Positions 24,101 through 36,699 of a DNA stretch of 64,000 bases are shown piece after piece; position 1 is the stretch's first letter, and every line of letters starts with the position of its first letter. Location: NCBI RefSeq assembly GCF_902459465.1, contig NC_047064.1, positions 124,001-188,000 on the forward strand, given 5' to 3'. Source of the stretch: Asterias rubens (Eukaryota). Below the pieces are notes generated by a model that was not told where the DNA came from, ran no database searches, and worked only from the letters and a program-made list of their open reading frames with translations. The position numbers and the translations under genes were made by a program.

Positions 24101-27100
24101 ATTTTGTGTCGGTAATTCTATGAACTCACTGCAACATGATGTGAATATTAAATGGAACTGGCCTTCCATTACTGGGCAAGCTTGGATGTGTCTAGTGGTT
24201 AAGACATATTTAGAACAGAAGGTTGTAGGTTCAAATCTCACCCAAGATTTGTTGCACTGGATTTGGTGCTTGTCACACAATTGATATGAGGCAAAACTAA
24301 ACAGAAGGTTTTAAAGGTACATGTATGAGTCATCTCTGGTTTTTAAAAGAATTATTTAATAATAGTTTGTTTAGATTTGGTGAGAGTAGGGAAAACTAGG
24401 AAAAAACACGTTTTGGAGGGTACAATGGCTTTCCTAAATCTGGATAAAATACCTGCATTGTAATATCTGTGAGGTTCAGGCCCAAATGAGTCTGTAAGAC
24501 TTGTTTTATAACTACATGAACTAGTAGTACAGGAGTTTACAAGATGATATCTTTTATTTTCAGTTCAGTTTCTGATTTTAAGCAGGTCTTCAGGGACAGC
24601 CTACAATTTTCCTTGAGACTTCTGACTTTAGCATTCTATAATGGGGCATGTTAAGGGGTCACATTTCCTCCACCTTCCTTCCTGCCTCAAGATGACGGGA
24701 TTTCACTTGTAAAGAGTTCAGTCACGTCCTATAAACCCTATCATGCTAAATATAGTTAATACACATAATCATGTACTGGTAGGGACGTGTGTGTTGTTTG
24801 TACTCATTCACCATACCCACTGCCCTGTCCTGTGTGTACTGAGTTATAAAACAACAAAAAATACTTTGAATTTGAAACAAAACATCCAGCTAAGTTGTGT
24901 AAGTCCTGTTGTAGCCTTCCCCTATCCTTTGTTTTTTTAATAGATTTCATGGATTTGTCTTTCTAATTATTTTCTCCTTGGTGGTTTTTGTTTTGCAATA
25001 ATAGTCTTTAATGTGTAATGGTTAGTGTTTACCTGTTTAAATATACATTTAACATGTATTTTGAAATCACCCCACTCTAGCCTTCAAAGTTGTGCTTTAG
25101 CCTTCGAAGTTGTGGTTTGTTAGAATGAATTATATAACACCCAAGCAGATCCTTGCCATTTAATTGGAGGATTGTCCGTCACGTGATAGCAAATAAAAGT
25201 ACCATTGCACGCTGAGTCACTCGCCGTGCTTTTTCGTTCCATCCGAAAAGTACCATTGCACGCTGGCACGCTGCCAGCGTGCAATGGTACTTTTCGGATG
25301 GAACGAAAAAGCTGAGTAAAAACATCACTGCGTGCGCGTGTCATTGGTAACGCAGCAGGTGTTACTGCAAGAAGGCATAGTAAAATTACTAGCATTCGGC
25401 TTCTACAGTTGAAATTGTTTGTTTTGAAAGTTGTTTCTTTCAATCAAAATGACAAAGTTCTACTTGGATGTTATATAAAACAAATAATGAATGTTTTTCA
25501 TTCGTGCAATGGTGCGAATATGTTCACTCGTTGAAAGCTGGAATGTTCCATTCAACTCGGCTCCGCCTCGTTGAATAGAACATTCCATCTTTCAACTCAT
25601 GAACATATTCGCACCATTGCACTCATAAACATTCATTATGTGTATACTATAAGCAATTCACACATTGTAAAGAAGTGGAAGTGGTCATTGAATCTCAGTT
25701 CACAGCACCTTTACATTATGATGTCACATGATAGGTCTTTTGTTTTGACTTACAAAGTGTGTTTGATGTACAATGGTTTAATACACACATGTACATGTAC
25801 CATGCAGACCTGACCCAGAATACAATCTTTGCATGTACATGTACCATGCAGACCTGACCCAGAATACAATCTTTGCATGTACATGTACCATGCAGACCTG
25901 ACCCAGAATACAATCTTTGCATGTACATGTACCATGCAGACCTGACCCAGAATACAATCTTTGCATGTGTGTAACCATCATAACACTCCAAATTTGGAGT
26001 GAAAATGTTTCTGTTCCTCCTTTGACAACGAAAGTTTGTCTTTACTTAAAGGGTCTATGTACTTTTTCCTAACAAAAAACACAATGTCCACAGATTTACA
26101 TTAAACTTACACAGTTTGAAGATTATGATAGTAGAAAGCTTCCCTTGAAATTTTGCTTACCGAGGTGCTGTTTTGAGAAATGAGTAAAAGTAGTAATTTT
26201 CGTCTCAGTTTTAGCATGTAAAAACGTATTAAACAGTTATGCTATGGTTTTGGTGTAATATCATAACTGGTTAAGGGGATTTTACATGCTAAAATAATTT
26301 TGGTCTCATGAGACCAAAATTATTTTGTGACTTGTTTTACTCATTTCTCAAAAACTACACAACCTTAGTTAGTAATATTTGAAGGGAAGCTTTCCACTAT
26401 CATTATCTTCAAACCCTGTAAGTTTAATGTAAATCTGTGGATGTTTTGAAAAAGTACCCGAATCCTTTAACAAACCATTCTTTCTTTGGCATTTGCAGAA
26501 ACAACAGCAAGAAACCAAAGCTAAGACTCAGCAGCAGAACCTGGCAAGTAAAGGTCGATCGACAATGCTTTTCTCTACTAGTCCCAAGGTGCAATATTAC
26601 AATGAGGGCAAGCTGCCTCCTGTTCCATCACCAGCAATAGGTGTAGCAGCAAAGCTAGTTATACAACCTCAGTTTGGCAAACGTGAACAAGTACCAATGC
26701 TGGTAAGAGAACTATCTAAACATTTCCTATGTCTGTATGTGAAATATTCTTTTGCATTTTCTGGCCATTTTTAGCAACATAGTTGTCTTAATTATGGAAA
26801 TGGGCTTTTTCAAGGTGTCTTTTGTAACATTGAGAGCAGGGAACGCGAGTACATTACCTGAACCCAAACCATAATCAGACAATCATAGAAGTTGAGTCAT
26901 TTCAACCCAAAACACTTGAAAAATTGATTTGAATGCAACCTCACTCAGTAAAGAGTTCACTCAAGTGCTCAACCACAACACTCAAAAACTCACACAATTG
27001 ATTCAGGACCTTCCTCACTTGTCAAACATACATGTATGGCCATTAATAATTCTCACCCATTTCTCTATTAATATCAAGGGTCACAATCCACTTGACTCAT

Positions 27101-30100
27101 CGGCTCCATTAAAGAGAGGCAAGGAGCGTGAGACACCAGTGAAGAAGAAACCTAGTGCCTTGAAGAGGGTGATCTTAAAGGAGCGGGAAGAGAATAAGAG
27201 ATTGCGCACCTTGCAGGAAACATGTCTCTCTGATGCTGAAGAGTAAGTTCCTTCCCTATCTCAATACACACGCCCCATGTAACATGTATGTTTTCTGATC
27301 AAGTTAAAGTGAGATGGAAACAGCTCTAGTGAGGTGATGCATCCCAAAATAATCATTTGAACTGAAATATTACATACAGTACAAGGCCTTTTCAACTGAG
27401 TGTTTTTCACCCTACAGTGGATTAAACCATAGTGATGATAAGAATGCAGACGCAATGAGTGGAGATGCAGGATTGGGTTTATCACAAGATGGTAAGTGCA
27501 TACTGATTACTTCAAAGCTCACCAGTTTACAGTTAACCTCAAAGAAACCTCAACATTTGTTTCCAAAGTCTAACTGTCCCACCAATCTCTCATGACATAA
27601 AATCCCCACATATCCAGAGTGATCTACTTCTGATTGAAAATGCCCTAAGACAGTGTCTGACTCTGATTGGAAATGCCTTAGAGGAACACGTTGCCTTGGA
27701 TCGGTCGAGTTGGTCTTTGAAAAGCGTTCTGTAATCGTTTGTTATAAAATCGATATGGTTAGAAAGATGTTGTAAAAGTAGAATACAATGATCTACACAA
27801 ATATGCCTTGAAATTGCGTGGTTTTCTTTTTTCCTCGTCGACTAACACGGTCGGCCATTTATGGGAGTCAAGTTTTTGACTCCCATAAATGGCCGACCGT
27901 GTTAGTTCGCGACGTAAAATAAAAAACCATGCAATTTTGAGTGATACTTGTGTGGATCATTATTTTCTACTTTTAAAACATCTTTCTAACCATATGCATT
28001 TCATAACAGACGGTTTCAAACGCTTTTTATAGACCAACTCGTCCGATCCAAGGCAACATGTTCCTTTAAGAAAGTGTCTAAAATAGCAGCTGCAGCTGTT
28101 GCCATGGCTTAATCGTCATATGAACATGCATTGATGCGATGACAACAGCCACAGCCGTAGCCAAGGTAGCCGTTAGCAACATGGGTCCACTTTGCTTCCC
28201 TTATTACAAAATTCTTGTTTGATTTAACTCGTAATTTGCTTCCTTATAAACAGTTTAATCTGTTTTTCATTTTTAACAGCCACAAGTGAGCGAGGTTCAA
28301 CGATGTCTTTCATGACCTCTCAGAGTGACCTTTCACCTTTAAGTCAGATGTCACCCATGAGCATGAGCCCACTGTCACCAGGGTCACCTCTTAGCTCAGG
28401 TTTGTCTAGTCCAGCAACTGGATTCAAATCAACATCCCCAGCTCAGATCAATCTTTCAGTTCACAGTCGTCGTTTTAGAGAGTGAGTGTTTATCTGTTTA
28501 CATGGTTTTAAGTGTATATAGGAGTTTAGGCAGTGCATGGTGAGGTATCAATGTATATTTGGTTTGCGGTAACACCATGTGTGTATCTACTTGCCAGGTA
28601 GAGTTTGTTCTTAGAGAACTGTCTTGCTTTATTCTACTACTGCGGAGTAGATAATCGGGGGTTCAGGAGACTTCTCAGTTCTGAAAAGAACTGTCCTGCT
28701 TTTAACTATTACCCGGCCGGATGGTATAGAAAATAGACTGGGACTACTACTTAATAGCTTATAGGATTGCAATTAACTGTACTGCCGCGGAGTCAGTTCT
28801 GAATTGGTCTCAATGTTTTTAAATCTGAAGAAATCTACCTTTTTTCCCTCCATAAATGGATGTCAATATACCACCTAGGGCTATAACAGGATTAATTGAA
28901 ATACGTTAACGTCAGGGCTCTATTTGTTGGCTCTGCATAATATCGTATTAAGCCAAGAATTAGCGCTTACAGGGTCATGATTTTGTTTCACTCCTACACC
29001 AAGATCCAAATTGATAGCATGATATGTATTTACCTTTCAGATACTGCAACCAAGTATTAGATCAAGACATTGATGCCTGCTGTACAACTCTACTTCAAAC
29101 CTTGGTTAAGTTCCAGGATAGACAGTATCAAAAAGACCCAACAAAGGTACAACTTATACTAGCCCTATATAGGACTCTTCCTCTGTACACAGATACAGAG
29201 TCCTAACTATTAAGGCCCGTTTCTGGGTCCGGAAAAATTTCACAGCTTCATAACTTAAATCTTACCTGCAACAAGCCACTAATTTCAACAGATTCACATT
29301 CCATGGCGGCATACATTTTTCTGTGGTGGGTTTTGGTCCTCATATATTCCTCACAATTCCATCATTTTCATGAAATAATGCAGCTCCCAACGTTAAAAAA
29401 TTTCTGTTTTGATTGTTTTCTCACAGTGTTGTCTGTTGCCGTGCATACGCGTATACATTCACGTGCAAGACGCATGATGCAAGACGCATGAATTCTTGGT
29501 CACCATTATCTTGACTGCACAGCGTTAACACGCAAACGCAACGCAATATTTGCGGGTCGTGCGTACACACGGGGACTGTGAGAGTATGAACAAAAATTCG
29601 AATTTCTTAACGTTGGGAACTGCATTATTTCATGAAAATGACGGATTTTTGAAGAATATATGGTGATCAAAACTCACCGCAGAAAAGTATATGCTGCCTT
29701 GGAGTGTGAATCTGTTGAAATTAGTGGCTTGTTGCAGGTAAGATTTGAGTTATGAAGCTGTGAAAATTTTCCGCCCCAGAAATGTACCCTAATGTCCAGG
29801 ACGTCACTGTAGCACAATACGAAAGTGTAAGGTCGCCAGAAATAAACTTATACATGTTAAATGGCTAAATGTCATTAAGGTATTATTGATTTTCTTTTCT
29901 TTGCTCAAATCCTCCCCTCAAAGGTGAATAAGCACTGTAACCTATAAGCTTCAAGAGATGTTGATTCTGCATCAGGGATAAAGAAAATAAATGACATCTA
30001 ACCTTATCCCCAATGTGCATTTCATTCATAGGTGACTTGTGTCGTATGTTTCTTGATAATTTCACCTACAGTTTGAAAGGACAGTTTGAAAGGACTTTTG

Positions 30101-32557
30101 GGCTTTCAAAGTTACACTGTTAAAACGAACTTTGGGGATTACTCTGTTTCTTATTTGTCATCAGGCTAAATCGAAGCGTCGCATTGTAATGGGACTGCGT
30201 GAGGTCACCAAACACCTGAAGCTGAAGAAGATTAAATGCATCATTGTCTCTCCCAACCTAGAAAGGATCCAATCTAAAGGTCAGGGTTCATCCTTTTATT
30301 ATTAGGATGCTTTTTTCTGCTTTCGTTTAACAATGTACAGTAAAAAAAAAACGTTTGAAAAAAGAAAACAACACAAATATCTATTGCAAAAGCTGCTTAC
30401 CAACCACAACAACTGGTGTTATAATTATACAAAATGGTTCATTTCAAAACAATTCGAGCAAAGCAGTGTCTTTCTCAAAGGCTAAACAAAAAAATGTGAT
30501 AATTTTTTCATTTGCTTCCCATATAATTTTAGCCTGCTCTTTTGCACAGAACCATTGCTGTCTTCAAGAACTCAAAGATGTTCTTGTCTGTAGCAAAGTC
30601 TCAAGCTTGTTTTAAAAGTTCATCAATACATGACTCCAACTTATTCCTTTAATTTTTACAATTTAACTTTTGAAGTTTTGTGGTTTGTATAACAGGTGGA
30701 TTAGACGAGGCCTTGAATCGTATCACAGCGCTCTCCAATGAACAGACTGTGCCTGTTGTCTTTGCCCTTGGGCGTAAGGCACTTGGTCGAGCTGTCAACA
30801 AGCTTGTACCAGTCAGTGTGGTTGGGATATTCAACTATGATGGTGCACAGGTAAGTTCAAACTCTAAAATGGGAAAACATTTACACAAATGCGACTCTCC
30901 TTTCCAAAACCAATACCTGTCTTGCCAAAACTCCAAAACTGTTTTTTGTTTTCATCAGTTGGTAACAGAGATACCTTTCAATAATGAGCTAATAAATAAG
31001 TCCTAAAGGCTAAAAGGTAAGCATTCTGTCAACATGTTCAAGACATCACATCACATTGATATGGCTGATGTTTGTTCACTACTGCTAAGAACTGCCTGTT
31101 TTTGGCATTGGGTGTCTGTCATGAATGGAAAGTTTTGAAAAGTTGCATGGAGATTTGTTGTTGATCTTTAAGGCTACAATCCCGGGCATATCTCTTTAGG
31201 GCCCACACCTGCCCCCTTCAATGTTGGTTCTGATTGATCGGTCTACTGCGTTACAGTCAACATTGAGAGGGGGGGTAGGGGTGGGGAGACAATGTTTATC
31301 GTCAATGGGAAGTGGCCAGGGAATGGTTTTATGTAACGTTAGGAATGGGTGGCCCATGCATTTTGGCCAGAGTTGTAAACATCACAGTAGATTAATTGGG
31401 AAACCCATAGGTACAATTTTTGTTCCAGTCATTTATTTTGTAACAACTTTTTAACCTTTCTACTGATAGGTGATGCAAAAGAAGTTAGTTTCTTTTTAAG
31501 ACAAATATAATATGTAAAAAGTTCATTGTCTTTTTCTGTCTTTCTCCAGGAACATTACAAGAATCTTCTAGATTTGACGAAGAGTGCAAGGGACAATTAC
31601 AATGCTATGATTCGTCAGTTTCAGCAAGAGGCAGAAGCAGCTAGCACTGCGGTTCCATTCTCCAAACACCGTCACCATCTAGGCCATTATCGCAATCTGT
31701 CTGGCTGTAGTGGGATATCCTTTAGTAGTGTCATCTCAGAGCCTATATCGGAAGACTACCCAGACCCTGAACCGGAGGTGGATAGCCGAGGCAATGAGAT
31801 TGTCCGAGAGGTACGATTCAACGATGCTGTCAAGACAGCAGAGTATGCCATGGCGGCGCCGGTGTCCACCTTGACTACTTGTGAGTTTGTAGACACTGAT
31901 GATACCACAGGAGGATATGAGAGTGATCGTGGTTTCAGTCAAGAAGGTGCACATAGTGAAGATAGTGGGACAGTAGAACAGGGTGCATCTAAGACCTCAT
32001 CAGAGACATTAGAAGCTGCTGAGCTTGATGATGTTGATTGTGAAGATAATGATGATGCTTATGATTTAAGTGATGTAGATGAAGATGATGAATTAGATGC
32101 TATTGATACACATTACCGTCCGCAATGTGAAGATGGAGAAGAGGATGAAGAAGATGAAGAAGAAGAGGATCTTGGAGGGATTTCAATCTTGAATAATAAG
32201 ACTGCTCTCCCATTGGATAAGGAACGGATTGCAGACTGGGTCGCAGAAGCACAGAGTGCCATTGAAACTCTGCTTGTTACTGACAATGATAATGAGGAAA
32301 GTGCTGTCAAGTCAGAAATGGTTCTCACATCGAGGTCATTAGAAAGTTGCGACTCTGAGACCTCAACTCCTCGACCCAGCAGCCAATGCCAACGACCCCT
32401 CGACCAGAACACTCCTGTTGAAGGTCAAAATGAAGAAGAGCAATTGAAAACTGATATTAAGACATCAATGAAGAGTAAAAACAGGGAATCACCAGGGAAA
32501 GTTGAGGAGCATTTATGTGAAAACCAAACTGCTTTCATACCAAAGGAATCTACCTAA
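12121..32557 (+). CDS. SECISBP2L: SECIS-binding protein 2 (SBP2L-type; L7Ae RNA-binding domain), 15 coding exons, 1402 aa
   Basis: Exons with GT-AG borders and matching phases: 12121-12150, 16161-16447, 17141-17537, 19770-19911, 20636-21669, 22896-23069, 23921-24037, 26499-26702, 27079-27242, 27418-27491, 28280-28481, 29041-29146, 30165-30279, 30696-30850, 31550-32557 (sum 4209 nt). Family motifs: LSAEVEPFIP, CYPFVQ, DFPDDIANK, DSDSGYYSPKH, DLGDMLAALE, NPLDSSAP..KKPSALKRVILKERE (Sec incorporation domain), HSRRFREYCNQ, GLREVTKHLKLKKIKC..GGLDEAL..FALGRKALGRAVNKLVPVSVVGIFNYDGA (L7Ae), acidic C-terminus. Exon 1 is the least certain. Confidence 0.95.
12435..13080 (-). mobile_element. Non-autonomous element with terminal long hairpin plus subterminal IR pair (Helitron2/HINE-like), copy 1
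   Basis: Long hairpin centred on AGGCGGAGCC, then TATATAACATCCAAG ... CTTGGGTGTTATA inverted pair. Homologous to 13081-13610 and, in reverse, to 25131-25646. The class call is an inference. Confidence 0.6.
12614..12757. mobile_element. MITE nested in the previous element, 8-bp TSD, GG termini (Merlin-like?)
   Basis: GGAAAAGTTTCCGTACGGCGCCACCAC ... GTGGTGGCACCATACAGAAAGTTATCC. Flanks GTTGTATA / GTTTTATA. Absent from the sister copies at 13081 and 25131. Confidence 0.7.
13081..13610 (-). mobile_element. Helitron2/HINE-like element copy 2 (head-to-tail with copy 1)
   Basis: Same architecture and sequence as 12435-13080, without the nested MITE. Confidence 0.6.
13661..14052. mobile_element. Kolobok-like MITE family A
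   Basis: TTAA|AGGAACACGTTGCC ... GGCAACGTGTTCCT. Homologous to 8462-8862. Confidence 0.85.
14149..14249. repeat. Small inverted-repeat element
   Basis: AGAACTATGCGGTTTCATTCCGCTATCGTCTCCTGT ... ACAGGAGACGATAGTGGAACAAAACCGTATAGTTCT. Confidence 0.6.
14971..15915. mobile_element. Foldback element with inverted arrays of GCAAACTCGGCACC subrepeats, 7-bp TSD
   Basis: Left arm has tandem (GCAAACTCGGCACC)n at ~14980-15125; right arm has (GGTGCCGAGTTTGC)n at ~15775-15905. Flanks GTTCAAA at 14964-14970 and 15916-15922. Confidence 0.75.
17780..18260. promoter_or_regulatory. CpG-rich island inside SBP2 intron 3 (candidate internal promoter/enhancer)
   Basis: Abundant CpG in an otherwise CpG-poor gene body. 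Perfect CRE palindrome ATGACGTCAT at 18109-18118. No TIR/TSD seen. Confidence 0.4.
21794..22070. mobile_element. Truncated Kolobok-like MITE
   Basis: TTAA|AGACACTGGTCACTATTGGTAATTGTCAGAGACCAG left end of the 63036 family. Right TIR not found. Confidence 0.65.
24185..24270 (+). mobile_element. Degenerate tRNA-derived SINE head
   Basis: A-box-like TCTAGTGGTTAAG and B-box-like GGTTCAAATC. No complete cloverleaf. Confidence 0.45.
25131..25646 (+). mobile_element. Helitron2/HINE-like element copy 3
   Basis: TATATAACACCCAAG ... CTTGGATGTTATATA followed by a long terminal hairpin (loop CTCGGCTCCGCCTCG). Reverse complement of 13081-13610. Confidence 0.6.
25789..25968. repeat. 44-bp minisatellite, ~4 copies
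   Basis: CATGTACATGTACCATGCAGACCTGACCCAGAATACAATCTTTG repeated nearly perfectly. Confidence 0.92.
26046..26470. mobile_element. Kolobok-like MITE with long TIRs
   Basis: TTAA|AGGGTCTATGTAC..CCACAGATTTACATTAAACTTAC ... GTAAGTTTAATGTAAATCTGTGG..GAATCCT|TTAA. Ends 28 nt before the SBP2 exon-8 acceptor. Confidence 0.75.
27678..28069. mobile_element. Kolobok-like MITE family A
   Basis: AGGAACACGTTGCCTTGGATCGG ... CCGATCCAAGGCAACATGTTCCT|TTAA. Confidence 0.85.
28545..28830. mobile_element. Retroelement fragment (Penelope-like pLTR family)
   Basis: Shares GGTTTGCGGTAACACCATGT and GTTCTGAAAAGAAC with 42010-42150 and 57178-57260. The Penelope assignment is inferred from the hammerhead-like motif in the 42-kb copy. 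Confidence 0.4.
29214..29789. mobile_element. PIF/Harbinger-type foldback MITE (TAA TSD)
   Basis: ~190-bp inverted arms. Termini GGCCCGTTTCTGGG / CCCAGAAATGTACCC, flanked by TAA at 29211-29213 and 29790-29792. Confidence 0.75.
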
Positions 32558-33712
32558 GGTAGTTCTTAATTTTGTTTTTATCTGTGCTTAAGAATAAAAG
32601 TAAACAGTAAATAATTTCCATATGTAATCAAAGAAAGAGTTCTATAAGTGAGTTGGTGAAAACTATGCAGAGTGGGGTATTGACCCTTTGGGATCAAAAT
32701 CTTACCGATTCTTGTAAGAACTTTGGCCATTAATGTGATCAGTTATGATCTTTTTAGGGTATCTTACTGATCTGGCGGTGACATAGTAGGTTTGCAGATT
32801 CTGTCTTGTCAGAGTCTTTACCCAGGCAAGTGCAGATAATTTGACCTAGTCTGGTTGGGGAATTTCACATCCTAATCTGTGTCTGAAATGTGTGACGTTG
32901 TTCATAGACTGGTGTCTCATTTGAGGAAATCAAGTAATAATAATTTAGGTTTTATGGTGACTTTGAACCAGTCTCATCTCATCACGTCATGGGATATTAT
33001 CTAGCATTTAGTACATGACTAATAAACATTTTGTAGTAAAACACTCCCTTGCTTTTTTCTGTGAAGTGCCTTCTTAAACCTCACAATAACTTTAGACAAT
33101 CCACATGAAAAAGTGTTGCTTGAAAGAAAAGAACAGACATTAAAGATATGTTTAATCTTAGTTATTATGTTTCTTTTGTTTATCCAAAATGTTGTTTTCA
33201 TACATAATCCAGTTATACTTTAAATGGCAAAGCAATGGAGAACCTTCATGATTATGGTCACTCTATAGTCATTTGACACATGATACCCAGTTCATCAACA
33301 GAGGCAGTATCTATGCAGAGGTGTTGGTGCATAGGCAAGCCTTCCCAAATCTAATAAAGAAAGAATAACATTTCCAAGACTAGTGCAAATAATGAAAATG
33401 AAGGAGTATCTTACTGGGGGTGACATGAGACGTTGAAGATAAACAATTAATATGATTTTTGTGTGGAGGTTCTTTGTTACCGTGGTGCCCCCATGGTGCT
33501 CCAGGGATGTTAACAGGGTTTGTACCAAAGATTGTACAGAGCTTTAGGGCATAACACGGGTTACTGGAGCTTTGTCTACAAGTATGATATGGCTGTCATT
33601 TCAGTAAGCACATAGCATTATTAACATTGGTCATTGTCTGAGCTGATCTATTGTTGCATCTAAAGTGTTGCTTACTAAAATGGCATCCAGTGCATACAGT
33701 GTACTTCATATT

Positions 33713-33790
33713 TAATAATAATAATAATAATAATAATCAAAGTCTTGTATAGCGCCGTTATCCACCAATGCAGGCGCTCATGGTGCTTAA
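33713..33790 (-). mobile_element. 3' tail of an L2-clade LINE/SINE
   Basis: On the minus strand GAGCGC...GGATAACGGCGCTATACAAG is followed by an (ATT)n tail, the usual L2-type tail stem-loop plus microsatellite. Confidence 0.45.
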
Positions 33791-34436
33791 AGCCCAAGTT
33801 GTCCATCTTATGCCTGCAGTGTTATACGATCTTTGATTTGTACCCTTTGCTGGTGGCCTTTGGCAATGCTGACTATGTTTAAATGTAACTGTTCATACTG
33901 TATTAAACATGTTTTGAAACATGTTGAATGAGAGTGTTATATATGTGTCTTAGTGTGGCAATTGTTATTTTTTGGGGGAAAGGGAGAGGGTAGGGATGGG
34001 TTAGTGTTTGTTGTGATTTGTTGATGTTTTTGAGTTTTGGAGAATGACACGTCAGCTCCCCAATTTGTTTTACTTTTGCAGTTTTAAGGGGAAGGAATGT
34101 GGTTCTAAAATCATAATTGAATTTTGTGTTTAAGTAAGGGCCAAGGAAATTGCAATGTTAAAAAATAAACAATATTTTACGTCTCTTTTCGTTATAACCT
34201 TTGTAATACATGAATTTAATATTCAAGTTTGCCGTATGTTACTCTTCATAAAGTAACCAGAAATGGTTACAAAACATGAACATTGTGAACTTTCTTCTTT
34301 CCATTTCTATTACATTTTGTTTATTCATCTCTCATATTGTTACAGACCATCTAGACACAGGCAGCTTTATCAGGCATTGAATTTGAGATTTATATAAAAG
34401 ACAGAACAATTCTTTGAACGATTGTTAATTAGTCCC

Positions 34437-34654
34437 TATAGACGATGTGACCTCTGACGTCACACGAAAACCATAACATGATTCGCGCATACCGCCGGGC
34501 AAAACCTTTGTGTTTTGGCAGCCAGCTAGAAAGTGTACGCAATCTTACTATGACTACGCAACTCAATGCCCAGCGAAACATGACGTATATAGTGTTTTGT
34601 CAACAGAGGGTGGTTTGAATGCAAACATACACAATGAAGGTCTCATCGTCTATA
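34437..34654. mobile_element. MITE (TA-flanked)
   Basis: TATAGACGATGTGACCT ... AGGTCTCATCGTCTATA inverted termini. Confidence 0.7.
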
Positions 34655-34791
34655 CTTTGCTTTAATTTCTGTGCTAGCTGTGCAAGCTAAGAATGCTCAT
34701 AGAGGAAGGACCCGCATGGGCCCAACTTACATGTATAGCAGCTTGATGAGAAAATAATGCTTGATTATTTTCTGTTCAGCAAAAAATGAGC

Positions 34792-35268
34792 AGGCTGTAC
34801 ACGTTTGGTAATTATCAAAGACCAGTGCTCTCACTTGGTGTATCCCATCATAAGCATAAAATAACAAGCCTGTGAAAATTTGGGTTCAATTGGTCATCAA
34901 AGTTGCGAGAAAATGATTTTTTTTATGCAAGTCGCCAGACTTACAAGGCATGAAGGCCACTTCAAGGTGTGGGATAAAACATTTTTATTCCAGAAGCTGT
35001 TGCCACCTACTCCTAGGGCTGAAACGGGGTTGCCCCTTTTACAGCCTACGGGTGTAGGCTTGGGTATCCCGTAGCCTTGTTGGATGAATATGTGTGCTTT
35101 CAGATATTTTAGTGAGAAATTACCTCTTTCTCAAAAAACTACGTTACTCATAAGGAATCATTTCCCACAATGTTTTATACTATCAACAGCTCTTCAATGC
35201 TCGTTACCAAGTCAGTTTTTAAGGTAATATTTGTTTTGAATAATTACCAATGTGTACCGTTCCTTTAA
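34792..35268. mobile_element. Kolobok-like MITE with a nested ~150-bp insertion
   Basis: Left end TTTGGTAATTATCAAAGACCAG and right end TAATTACCAATGTGTACCGTTCCT|TTAA. Family consensus is interrupted at ~34920-35073. Confidence 0.65.
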
Positions 35269-36699
35269 GCACTGATTTCTCACTTGCAGTAAGCAGAACC
35301 ATGAAACCATTTCAAATTGTCTCCATTTCTCGTTAATGTCCCTTTGTTAGTGTCTTATTCTGTGGTTGATTAAACTAAGTAATACAAACTTGAAACAGCT
35401 TGTATCTTAATCTTTTTCTTTGTAAATAAAAATAGTAAGTGTAAAGTAGCAAGAAATCAAATATTGTGCTTTGAATTATTTTCAATTTGTTGTAAAAACT
35501 ATAGCAGCTGTACCTAAGTTAATATTTAGAGATTTTTTTATAAGAAAAACAATTTTTTCTTCATTGAAATTATTTAATACATAAATGAATATCCCGCAGT
35601 AAGTATCAATAATAAATGCACATTGTACACAGATATGTTAGGGTTCATTTGGGTAAACACAATTTTCTGGATATAATTTTTATTGATAGCCTTGTTTGAG
35701 TTTGGTAGGAAGTTTTTCTCTTGGGTTTTATGATGAAAAGCACAAAGTTATGGAGTTAAAATAGTGTCATCTTTTGTTTGTCATGAGTAATGCTGAAAAG
35801 GCTGAGACTTCTTTTGCGCATAGTAAAATTCCTTCATTTGACCTCAGCAATGGTATATACCTATTGGTTTTTGAACACGCTTATCATCAAAGTCTCTGAA
35901 CATTTCAGTAAAACTAGTAATTTTTATAGTTGTACACAAACAACATCTATACCAATACATTAAAAGTTTCCTTTGGTGATACAGAATCTGTGATAAAAGG
36001 ATAGGGATTCAAATATGAAAATGGGCTTCATTTAATTGTGTATTAAATTGTAATGCATGAAATAAAATAACAGCATGTTAATGTATTCAATTCCTCTCAA
36101 TCCAATCTTGATGTAAAATAATCTTATTGCAGGATGAAGTAATATTTTATGAATCAGATTGTTTTGGTATGTTTTGTTGATTAAAGTTTGGAGTAATTTA
36201 CCTATAAGATACAAGTTTGTGTGAAATGTGTACATATTTCATTCCTGTCCATCCCAGAATTTAACTGGGTATACCTAGACACTCCAACAAATGTATGCTC
36301 CTATTCCCAACCCCAACCCTAACCCTGGTGTGTAGTTCATGAGGGGTTATCTGAACTTTGTTGGAACACTGTGTTGCTGGGTGATGGAACATAGAAGTGT
36401 GGAATTTATAGGGTGTGAACAGTTTTAGGGGTATATTGGAACAGCTTTTTAAACCATTTCAAACAATAGTCAACTTATCACTCATGAAAATAGCAGTTCG
36501 ACCCCAACATCATCCAAGTGCAGTACAACCAAACTTAAATTTAAATGTTGCAGCACTTGTTGATTTGTGGTTTTGTAGTATGCTCTTTGCAATTGCTATG
36601 GTTTTATAACACTGTAAACTTTAATTTTCAAAAAAAAGAACAAATAAGTGGTGGCCAAACAAAGCTTATCATTGAACCAAGATTGCAACCAGCATATAA

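Noticed and set aside
32558-35620. SECIS element or Sec (TGA) recoding linked to SBP2
   Set aside because: None of the four reconstructed CDSs needs an in-frame TGA. I found no AUGA..AA..GA kink-turn stem by eye (the hairpin at ~33247-33271 lacks the quartet and AA). A SECISearch run would be needed to exclude it formally.
36305-36330. CCCTAACCCT telomere-like motif
   Set aside because: Only about two imperfect units, too short to call an interstitial telomeric repeat.
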